Source of the DNA: a bacterium | GTDB lineage: Bacteria; Babelota; Babeliae; Babelales; UBA12409 | DNA: 64,000 nt | Reading direction: 5' to 3' | Assembly: GCA_018660415.1 (NCBI GenBank) | Contig: JABJKG010000010.1 | Coordinates: 2,405 to 66,404 of the forward strand | Shown here: positions 48,592 through 57,900 of the stretch, piece by piece | Layout: every line of letters starts with the position of its first letter | Numbering within the stretch: position 1 is the first letter of the stretch | Notes under the pieces: model-generated | The model's input: only the letters and a program-made list of their open reading frames with translations | What the model was told of the DNA's origin: nothing | Database searches by the model: none | Translations under genes and position numbers: made by a program

Positions 48592-49581
48592 TTGATGAAA
48601 ACAGTACAACGGAATCTGTTATTGCTTTTGGGATTGGGTCTTGTGTCATTGAATGTATTACCCATATCTTCTTTGGAAGAATTGTTTACAAGCCAGCATT
48701 CAATTTGGGTGTATTTAATTACATCTTTTTTGGCGGGATTGGCTGTTAGTTTTACCCCGTGTATTTACCCTATGATTCCTATTACAGCGGGTGTGTTGCA
48801 AGCGCACCAACGTAAGAGTCACTGGTATAATTTTTTATTAGCATTATCATATGTGCTTGGTATTGCTACTATTTATTCCGCTCTAGGTTACTTTGTTGCT
48901 ATGAGTGGAGATTATTTTGGTTATTGGCTTGGTAACCCTTGGTTTGTTGCGTTCATGTTCTGTTTTTTCTTGTATTTAGCAGGATCGATGTTTGGTTTTT
49001 ATGATCTTTCATTGCCGAGTTTTTTGACGCGTAAGCGTGCGTCAGTCAAGGGTGGCGGTTCATTTATATATACATTTGTTGTTGGGATGGTAAGTGGAAC
49101 GGTTGCTTCACCATGCGTATCACCAGCGCTGATTGCTATCTTAGGGTTTGTAGCACAGAGTGAACGTCCAATCGTGGGTATTGTATCATTATTCTTCTTT
49201 ACGCTCGGGATGAGTACAATTTTATTATTAGTGGGTACTTTTTCTTCAATTTTATCTAAACTTCCACGTGCTGGTGTTTGGATGTTGGAAATCAATCGTG
49301 CGCTTGGTTTTTTAATTCTTTTTATTGGTGTTAACTTTATTTTACCGTTTGTTCCTGATAATGCAGAACCCGTGTTATACGGTTGTATTTTATTGGGTGC
49401 AGCAGCTTATTATTGGTTTTCTGATAACGTGCAACATACGGCATCTCGTTTTATTAAAAAGTTGGTTGGACTAATTTTGTTTTTACTAGGTCTTGCATTT
49501 GTTCTTGATCCAATTCTATCATCATATAATGTATCAGTAGTGAACCATATTTTTGTAATAGCATCGTCCGTTAAAGGATAA
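48592..49581 (+). CDS. DsbD/CcdA-type transmembrane electron transporter
   Basis: SFTPCIYPMIP and ASPCVSP redox-Cys motifs; LPRAGVWM; transmembrane domain only. Confidence 0.9.
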   Translation: MMKTVQRNLLLLLGLGLVSLNVLPISSLEELFTSQHSIWVYLITSFLAGLAVSFTPCIYPMIPITAGVLQAHQRKSHWYNFLLALSYVLGIATIYSALGYFVAMSGDYFGYWLGNPWFVAFMFCFFLYLAGSMFGFYDLSLPSFLTRKRASVKGGGSFIYTFVVGMVSGTVASPCVSPALIAILGFVAQSERPIVGIVSLFFFTLGMSTILLLVGTFSSILSKLPRAGVWMLEINRALGFLILFIGVNFILPFVPDNAEPVLYGCILLGAAAYYWFSDNVQHTASRFIKKLVGLILFLLGLAFVLDPILSSYNVSVVNHIFVIASSVKG

Positions 49582-49585
49582 GTAT

Positions 49586-50860
49586 ATGATAGAGTTTAAC
49601 TATCAAAAAACCGGCCTTATCTCCACACAGGTGATTAAGGCTGGGTTGAGCCAATTGGAGCCAGAGATCGCACAAATGCGTTCCGCGTTGAAAGATCAAT
49701 ATGACTCTTCCTATGCGAGTTTGTACTGTCCTTTTGATGAAAAACTTATTATGCAAATTAAACAGCTCGTGACTGTTAAGCGTAAATTAAAACCATCATT
49801 ATTAGTAGTCGTGGGTATTGGTGGTTCTAATCTTGGGACACAGGCTGTTTTGCATGCGCTCGGTCTTCGAGCAATTGAAGTTGTTTTTATTGATACCGTT
49901 GATCCTGATAAGTTGCATGTCATTATGATGAAGATTGATAAGTTACTTGATTCAGGCAAAGAGATTCTTATCAATGCGGTATCCAAGTCTGGAACTACGA
50001 CTGAAACGGTAGCTAATTTTAAAATTTTATATTCGTTAATTAAGGCGTATCGCCCTAAAACATTTCGTGATTTTATTATAGTCACCACAGGAAAAGACTC
50101 TAAGTTGGCACAAATCGCTACTGAAGAAAAGTTTGATATGTTAGCAGTTCCTGAGAATGTTGGCGGTCGGTATTCAGTTTTTTCTGCTATTGGGTTATTT
50201 CCGCTCGTATTAGCAGGTGTTGATGTTGACCGATTACTTTTTGGAGCACGAAGTGCGGTGGAAAAGAGTTTAAATGATAATGGATCGACTGCAGCAAGTA
50301 GCGCGGTTTTAATCTATGAAAATTGGAAGAAGGGCTCAGTTATTCATAGCTTTTTTTTCTTTGCAACACGATTAGAGTTTGTAGGAAAGTGGTATCGTCA
50401 GCTCATGGGTGAGAGTATTGGAAAACAAAATCAACAGGGTGATGCTGTTGGTATAATACCGATGACATCAGTTGGTAGTGTCGACTTACATTCAGTGGCG
50501 CAATTGTATTTAGCTGGTCCACATAATATTTATACAAGCTTTGTTATAGTCAAAGAGTTTGAGCATCATATCAAGGTTCCCAAGGTGTTTCCCAAGCTAG
50601 ATTTTGTGATTGATGGCAAGTATCTTACTGATATTATGCATGCTATTAGTGAAGGGACACAACAAGCATACTCAGAGCGTTCCAACCCTTATGGTACGTA
50701 TACTATTCCATCACTCAATGCTGAAAGTATTGGTTCTTTCATGCAGATTCAAATGATTCAAATGATGTTTCTAGGAAAACTTCTCCAAGTAAATCCGTTT
50801 AATCAACCAGATGTAGAACTTTATAAAACACGGACACGAAAAATATTAAAGAATTCCTAA
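49586..50860 (+). CDS. pgi: Glucose-6-phosphate isomerase
   Basis: GIGGSNLG, SKSGTT.ET, VGGRYSV, QLMGESIGK, DLHS and NPFNQPDVE.YK motifs. Confidence 0.94.
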   Translation: MIEFNYQKTGLISTQVIKAGLSQLEPEIAQMRSALKDQYDSSYASLYCPFDEKLIMQIKQLVTVKRKLKPSLLVVVGIGGSNLGTQAVLHALGLRAIEVVFIDTVDPDKLHVIMMKIDKLLDSGKEILINAVSKSGTTTETVANFKILYSLIKAYRPKTFRDFIIVTTGKDSKLAQIATEEKFDMLAVPENVGGRYSVFSAIGLFPLVLAGVDVDRLLFGARSAVEKSLNDNGSTAASSAVLIYENWKKGSVIHSFFFFATRLEFVGKWYRQLMGESIGKQNQQGDAVGIIPMTSVGSVDLHSVAQLYLAGPHNIYTSFVIVKEFEHHIKVPKVFPKLDFVIDGKYLTDIMHAISEGTQQAYSERSNPYGTYTIPSLNAESIGSFMQIQMIQMMFLGKLLQVNPFNQPDVELYKTRTRKILKNS

Positions 50861-50879
50861 TTTAAAGAGGAGTTGAAGC

Positions 50880-52256
50880 GTGAACCCGTCCGATTGTACG
50901 ATAATCTTGTTTGGAGCTACTGGTGACCTTGCGCGTCGTAAGTTAATTCCGGCAATATATAAACTGATTAAGTCTGGATATCTAAAAAAGTTCTTATTTG
51001 TTGGTGTTGCTTTAGAAGAGAGTTCATTAGTACAAATATTTGAAGGTGCCCGTGAATTCATTGATGATTACGATCAATCCGTTATCGATCAGTGTATCTC
51101 GTGTGGTTGTTATGAACAGCTAGATATAACAAATCAAGAAAATTTTGTTCGTCTTTCCAAGCGGGTAATTGAGCTTGAAACAACGTTGGGACTATCAGGC
51201 AATCGATTAGTTTATTGTGCTGTTCCATCACAATTTTTCGTTCCAATAGCACAGCATGCTACGGCTGCTGGAATTTTAACGTGTAGAAAAAATAAAAATG
51301 AAAAATCAGAGTCATGGCAGCGCATTGTTTTTGAAAAACCGTTTGGACATGATCTTGATTCTGCCGAGTCAATGCATCAGCAACTGACAAAATGTTTGAG
51401 TGATAAGCAGATATATATTATTGATCATTATTTGGCTAAAGAAATTGTGGGTAATATAGCCTTGGTACGGTTTACTAACCGTATTTTCGAGCCATTGTGG
51501 AATAAGGAAAATATTGAATCGGTGACGATTACATTAAATGAAAAATTAGATGTAAGTATGCGTGTTGGTTTTTTTGAAAAGTTTGGTGTGCTTAAGGATG
51601 TGGTCCAGAATCATATGTTTCAATTGCTTGCTTTAGTTGGAATGGAAGAGCCGGAAAGTTTAACGAGTGACGCGATTGGTATTGCAAAGGCCGAGTTGTT
51701 AGAGAAAGTTGCATTCAAAACAGGCTATTTAGGGCAGTACGAAGGATACTTACAGCATCAAGGGGTAGAGCAAGGTTCGAAGGTGGCCACGTACGCGAAC
51801 TTAGAGTTTGAAATAGATAATGAGCGCTGGCACGGTGTTCCGTTTAGGTTGATTACGGGTAAATGTTTAAAAGAAAAAGAAACGGTTATTAAAATTAAGT
51901 TTAAGCCGGTTAAATGTTTGTTGACTAAGTCGTGTCCTTCAGATCAAAATGAGTTACGAATTTCTATTGTCCCGCGTGCGGGATTTGCATTGGAATTGAA
52001 TGCTAAGAAATTGGGTAATGGTAACGAGGTAATGCCGGTGGAAATGGAATATTGTCATGAATGTATTTATGGCTTATATACGCCGTTAGCGTACGAAACT
52101 ATTTTACAAGAAGTGATTGAAGGTATGCGTTCAATTTCAGTAAGTTTTGATGAGTTGATTACTAGTTGGAAACTTATTTCACAGGTTGAACAAGTGGGAT
52201 TGGCGATGTATCCTTACCCATGTGGTGGCGATGGTCCTTTAAAGGAGAATAAATAA
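50880..52256 (+). CDS. zwf: Glucose-6-phosphate 1-dehydrogenase
   Basis: GATGDLA.RKL.P, EKPFG, IDHYLAKE, DVVQNH and RW.GVPF motifs. Confidence 0.95.
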   Translation: MNPSDCTIILFGATGDLARRKLIPAIYKLIKSGYLKKFLFVGVALEESSLVQIFEGAREFIDDYDQSVIDQCISCGCYEQLDITNQENFVRLSKRVIELETTLGLSGNRLVYCAVPSQFFVPIAQHATAAGILTCRKNKNEKSESWQRIVFEKPFGHDLDSAESMHQQLTKCLSDKQIYIIDHYLAKEIVGNIALVRFTNRIFEPLWNKENIESVTITLNEKLDVSMRVGFFEKFGVLKDVVQNHMFQLLALVGMEEPESLTSDAIGIAKAELLEKVAFKTGYLGQYEGYLQHQGVEQGSKVATYANLEFEIDNERWHGVPFRLITGKCLKEKETVIKIKFKPVKCLLTKSCPSDQNELRISIVPRAGFALELNAKKLGNGNEVMPVEMEYCHECIYGLYTPLAYETILQEVIEGMRSISVSFDELITSWKLISQVEQVGLAMYPYPCGGDGPLKENK

Positions 52257-53149
52257 TGAATGTTGGTGTTATTGGCCTTGGGAAGATGGGCATGATTATC
52301 GCACAACGATTACTAGATAAAGATCATACGGTGTATGGCTTTGATATTGATACTGCAGCACTGGCAGACTTGAACAAGTTAGGCGGGAAGGGTGAAGCAG
52401 AATTAATCGAGTTGGTTAATAATGTTGATGTTATTTGGATCATGGTTCCATCGGGGGCGATCATCGATGCTATGTTTGAGTCTCTTAAGCCTTTAATGCG
52501 GCCAGAACAAATTATTATTGATGGTGGGAATAGTAAGTATACCGAATCGATGCGTCGTGCTGCTGACTTGAAAAAAGGTGGTATTACCTTGTTAGATTGT
52601 GGAACCTCGGGTGGTCTTACAGGGCTTGCCAATGGTTTTTGTTTAATGGTTGGTGGTGATAAACAAGCATTTGAAAAAGTACGTCCAGTGTTTGAAGCTA
52701 TTGCTGCGCCTGATGGGTATGCTTATATTGGACCTTCCGGTTCAGGTCATTATGTAAAGATGATTCATAATGGAATCGAGTACGCGTTACTTGAGAGTTA
52801 TGCAGAAGGCTTTGATTTATTAAAAAATGGCGAGTTTAAAGATCTTGATCTTGCACAGATTGCTGGCTTATGGGAGCATGGTTCTATTGTTCGCTCATTG
52901 ATCTTAGAGTTATTGCATGGTGTCCTTGAGAAAGATCAGACACTGGATACTATATCGGGTAAGGTTGCAGAGAGTGGCATGGGGCGGTGGACCGTTGAGT
53001 TAGCGGAGAAAGAGAAAATTAAGGTGCCTTTAATAAAAAAGGCATTGGAAATACGAAAAGAATCTCAGGAAACAGGTGGAAATTATACAACCAAGCTTGT
53101 TGCGTTGTTGCGGAATGCGTTTGGTGGGCATAACGTGGAGAAATTATGA
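52256..53149 (+). CDS. gnd: 6-phosphogluconate dehydrogenase, decarboxylating (short form)
   Basis: GLGKMG, IDGGNS, CGTSGG, GHYVKMIHNGIEY, SGMGRWTV and LRNAFGGH motifs. Confidence 0.95.
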   Translation: MNVGVIGLGKMGMIIAQRLLDKDHTVYGFDIDTAALADLNKLGGKGEAELIELVNNVDVIWIMVPSGAIIDAMFESLKPLMRPEQIIIDGGNSKYTESMRRAADLKKGGITLLDCGTSGGLTGLANGFCLMVGGDKQAFEKVRPVFEAIAAPDGYAYIGPSGSGHYVKMIHNGIEYALLESYAEGFDLLKNGEFKDLDLAQIAGLWEHGSIVRSLILELLHGVLEKDQTLDTISGKVAESGMGRWTVELAEKEKIKVPLIKKALEIRKESQETGGNYTTKLVALLRNAFGGHNVEKL

Positions 53150-53763
53150 AATATATCGATATTAGTTGGCCGATTACTCCCAAGATGACTGCATATAAGA
53201 ATCGTGGGGATAATGTTTTTTTTGAAGAGACAAAGACATGGGATGGCGATCAAGCGCGCGAAACTTCTATTTGTATGGGCTTGCATACGGGGACACATAT
53301 TGATGCTCCGTCACACATGCTCGCACAGGGTAATTCATTGACCTTAGATTCTGCAGTGATTGGTCCGTGCCAGGTATTAGACCTGACTGATGTTCAAGAT
53401 GCTATTACTGTTGATGATTTATTAAAGCATGAATTAAAGGCTGACAATATTTTATTAAAAACAAGCAATAGTGCATTGGATGATACTGCACAATTTGATT
53501 ATAACTTTGTATATCTAAGTCATAGCGCAGCTAATTACTTGGTAGAACAGAATATTAAGGCGGTTGGCATTGATTATCTTGGGATAGAGCGGAATCAGCC
53601 TAACCATGAAACGCATATTACCTTGCTCAATAGCGGCGTTCGTGTGATTGAAGGGTTACGGTTAGGTCACGTTAAAGCTGGTACATACGAGCTATTTTGC
53701 TTGCCTTTGGCTATCATTGGCTTTGAGGCGGCACCAGCACGTGCATTATTGCTACCAGTTTAA
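53146..53763 (+). CDS. Cyclase family (kynurenine formamidase-like) metal hydrolase
   Basis: HTGTHIDAPSH, VGIDYLGIE, IEGL and APARA motifs; ATGA overlap with gnd. Confidence 0.9.
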   Translation: MKYIDISWPITPKMTAYKNRGDNVFFEETKTWDGDQARETSICMGLHTGTHIDAPSHMLAQGNSLTLDSAVIGPCQVLDLTDVQDAITVDDLLKHELKADNILLKTSNSALDDTAQFDYNFVYLSHSAANYLVEQNIKAVGIDYLGIERNQPNHETHITLLNSGVRVIEGLRLGHVKAGTYELFCLPLAIIGFEAAPARALLLPV

Positions 53764-53774
53764 AGTATTTTTGC

Positions 53775-54986
53775 TCATATAACTTCTTCCCATTGGATGA
53801 ACATGTTAGTGCGTACATTTCCCTCTAGCTTCCTGCCTGTAACAGTGAGACTTTCTCCTGGTTGTAACTCTATAGACCAAAGGTTGCGTTTAAAAAAGAT
53901 ATTTTTTAAGGATGCTCGTATTACCGGGGTTGCATAAACCACGGTTCCCCCCGATACTGCGGATGCTGAGGTATCTACTTCGACTACAGATTCGGTTGAA
54001 TTGACATCACTATAGACAGCTCCAGTTAGGGTTGCATTTTTTTTATACTGACAAAGCATTGTTCTATTTTGTTCAACACCAAACAACCCTAAGATGATTC
54101 GTACTGCGGTTTTATTAGCTTGTGGGTCTGCAGGAGGGAAGGTAGTTTTGTTTCTTATTGTGAAGATTGGTAAATCACTCGTCGAGTCTATCAATACGTT
54201 TTCTGTGCCCGCTATGAATTGCCGTAAAAATGTATCTTCTCCAACAATGGATGCATTCCAGCACACTGTTCTTAATTGTAAGTCAGACGTGTTGCCTGAG
54301 TTGGTTACAAAGGCTCGTATTGGTAAGGTTGGATTTTCTATGTGAGGTGTAGTTTCGCTATTGGGGTATTCAATACGGTGGAAAACAATCCACGTGCCGT
54401 CGGGTTTCAATACTTGAAAGGTAACGGGTGCAACGCCGAGCCAACCATAAGAAATACGAAAGACGTTTATCTTTGTTTGATCGATGGTAAAGCCACTAGG
54501 TCCGGTTCCATTTAATGGGTCTACATTAAAATTTGCTTGATTTATATAGGTATTAGACCCGCTAAAACGTCGAAATAAAATTGCAAAATTTACTCCATTG
54601 TATCCTACAGCCCAACCATCATTATCATCAATAAGTCCTATGAACTGTTGAGAATCGGCAACGCCTGTTGTATAGGCAGCCGTGAAAAAAACAGATCCTT
54701 CGTGCCCAGGACTATAGTGTAAGGATGTTTTACTCGTTGCTGTCATAGAACCATTAGAATCAGTGCCGGTATTAATCTGAAGATGTCCTTGGGTCTGGTT
54801 AATAGTGCCAGATCCAGCAGCAAGGATGTTCAGGAGGTCGGTGGGTACATTGTATTGAAACATGAGTGACACTTGATCGTTTCTGGTTGCTACTATTTGA
54901 TCTCCAAAAGTGCTAACAAAGGCCGCTGTTTTTATGGTTGGCAAATACTGTATTAAAAATAACAGTAAAATTAGTTTTCTTTTCAT
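53775..54986 (-). CDS. Secreted beta-rich protein, stand-alone paralog of the C-terminal domain of 54998-59533
   Basis: FVSTFGDQIV...FQYNVPTDL...HY.PGHE...DPLNG.GPSGFTIDQTKINVFRI.YGWLG shared with the upstream gene. Confidence 0.85.
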   Translation of the reverse strand: MKRKLILLLFLIQYLPTIKTAAFVSTFGDQIVATRNDQVSLMFQYNVPTDLLNILAAGSGTINQTQGHLQINTGTDSNGSMTATSKTSLHYSPGHEGSVFFTAAYTTGVADSQQFIGLIDDNDGWAVGYNGVNFAILFRRFSGSNTYINQANFNVDPLNGTGPSGFTIDQTKINVFRISYGWLGVAPVTFQVLKPDGTWIVFHRIEYPNSETTPHIENPTLPIRAFVTNSGNTSDLQLRTVCWNASIVGEDTFLRQFIAGTENVLIDSTSDLPIFTIRNKTTFPPADPQANKTAVRIILGLFGVEQNRTMLCQYKKNATLTGAVYSDVNSTESVVEVDTSASAVSGGTVVYATPVIRASLKNIFFKRNLWSIELQPGESLTVTGRKLEGNVRTNMFIQWEEVI

Positions 54987-54997
54987 CCTATACTCCT

Positions 54998-57900
54998 TTA
55001 CTGTATTTCATCCCAGCCAAACACTACATTATTTTCACTGGATCCCGCAGCTAGGTTTCTAGCTGTTATAGTTAACGTTTCTCCTGGCCGTAAAAAGATA
55101 TCTAAATCATTGGCTGTAAAGAAAATATTGGAATTTCCAGCATCTCGCGTTGTCATGGTAGTATATACTTGGGTTCCACCGCTAACAGCTGTTGCTGATC
55201 TATCAACCTCTGCTACTGAAAAAGAAGCATCTACATCAGTATAAGCAGCTCCAGTTAGGGTTGCATTTTTTACAAAATTAAAGGCTATAAGGTCGGTGTT
55301 TTCTACCCCAAAATTAGCATAAATCGAACGAATTGTTGTTTTATTAATTTGTGCAGCAAAAGTGGTTTTGTTTCGTATTGTCATTATAGGAATTTCTGTA
55401 GATGAGATACTTTTATTTAAGGTGAATTCAGTATAATTACGCATTCCGACGAGTTGCCCTTGAGAGGTACCATTCCAGCAAACTGTTCTTAATTCTAGAT
55501 CACTAGTGTTATCTGTATTAACAGTCTCAGCCCGCATTGGAAGTGTTGGATTAATAACTGATGGCTCATTGGAAGCGTTGGGTTGCTCAATTCTATGAAA
55601 TGCTATCCACTCACCTTGAGGAGTTACAACATAGAAGGTGATAGGAGCTGATCCAAGCCAGCCATAGGCAATCCTGAAAACATTTATTTTTGTTTGATCG
55701 ATAGTAAAACCACTCGGACCAGAGCCGTTTAATGGGTCGAGGTTAAATGATGCTTGGTTAATAAAAACATCAGTTCCACCATCACGCCTAAATAGTACGC
55801 CAAAGTTAGTTTCGTTATATCCAATTGCCCAACCATCATTATCGTCATACAAACCAATATATTGGTATGAATCTGCTACACCGGTAGTCCATGCTGCTGT
55901 GAAGAAAACAGCAGATTCGTGACCCGGAGTATAGTGTAAAACATCTTTACTTGTTACTTGTGCAAATCCTGCAGCATTTAACCCTGTATTAAGTTTTAAT
56001 AGACCTTGTGTTTGTTCAACTGTACCTGTATTTAACGTTGAAACTGTTACCAAGTCTGTAGGAACGTTATATTGGAATAAAAGGGCGATTTGGTTGACAC
56101 GGTTTGTAACGATCTGATCGCCAAACGTACTTACAAATCCACTACCAGCAGCATTGGAAAATGCAAGCTGACCGCTACCGTTAGTTGAAATTACTTGTCC
56201 CGATGCTCCATCAGCAGTTGGCCAATTCAGCCCATCTAAAACAACCTCGCCACTGCCATCAGGTGTAATGTTAATGTCACCATTAGGATCGGTTGAAGTG
56301 ATTGAATTTCCATCGATTCTAACATTATCTACATCGAGTTGTGTTATGCCGCTCGCTGCATCACTATCACTGATAAGAACTGAAGAATCTTCTAGAGAGC
56401 TTCCACTCGTACCGTTATACCGGGCGATAGCATTATCAGTTGAAGTTCCAGGGCCAGCTACTCGGCTAGCAAAACTAAGGTTGTTTGATCCGTCGGTTAC
56501 AATAGCTTGTCCCAAAGATCCTGTAGTTGCTGGTAGGTTTAATGTATAGGAAGTCACCCCTGTAGGTGCTTTAATTCCTACATATTCTCCGCCAGAGTCA
56601 TCTTGGAATCGAATCTCGTTTTGGGTATTCATATTAATTGTTGCATCCATATTAAGGTTACCAGTCATTGTATCACCAGCCTTTAATACATTAAGTGATG
56701 CTGCACCGGTCACACTGCCAGTTAAATCGGCTGTTATAGTTCCCGCGCTAAAATCACCTGACCCATCACGCTGTACTAATGTGCTGGCTGTGTTTGAATC
56801 AGTGTATTCCAGTGATGTTAGATTTTTTGATCCATCGGTAACAACTGCTTGTGAAGCAGTTAGGGCTTCAACATTAATTACGTCTGCATCAATATCAAGA
56901 GTGGCTCCATCCAGTAAGATGGTACCAGCTGCATCTCTACCAATAGTCGTATTGCCTGCTGTTGTATTGATATTTACAATAGTGCTTCCATTAATTCCCA
57001 GCGTAGTGCCAGCTAGGGCTGTAGCAGTAATAGTCCCTGTACTAAAATCACCTGATCCATCTCGAGCTACAATTGTACTGGATGTATTAGCACTTGCCGC
57101 ATCAGTAGAAAGACTTATGTCATTAGCATTATTTGTTACCACCATGTGTGTGCCGGCAGCAATGGTTTTAAAGTTCAAGGTTGAACCTGTTTTATCTCTA
57201 AATACATCACCGTCTCCAGAGCCAACATTGGCACCTACGATATTTTCAGAAGCACTAAATTGAGCAAACTCTAAGTTATTTGTATCAATAACATCACTAC
57301 CAGCAGTATTGGTACAAACATATGAGCTGTTTGCATATAACGTTCCTTCTTCAATAAATGTGTAAGCGCCTGCTGCTGAGCCCCCATTAGGAAAGTCTGT
57401 TGGACGAACCCAGTCACCTGCTGGTGAAGTTCCTGCTTTAACTAACCAGATACCATTTTCTGTGGCATCCGTTTGATTGGTTAGCAGTACTCGATCATCA
57501 GCAACCAGTACAACACCATCTATGGTTTGTGTATTAACTAGGGTTACATTAGAGGCTCCTCGGACTCGTGATGGGTCTTTAATATCCAGTCCTGAAGCAA
57601 CACTGTCAACGTAAGCTTTAGTTGCAACATCAGTATCATTTGTTACTGTTCCACCTACTGTAATCATATTAACATTAAAGTCACCAGATCCATCTCGAGC
57701 TACAATTGTACTTGGTGTATTAGCAGCAGTATATTCCAGTGATGTTAGATTTTTTGATCCATCAGTAACAACAGCTTGTGAAGCGGTTAGGGCTTCAACA
57801 TTAATTACGTCTGCATCAATATCTAAAGTGGCCCCATCAAGTAAAACGGTACCATCGGCATTTCTTCCAATAGAGGTGTTACCTGTAGATCTGCTAATAT

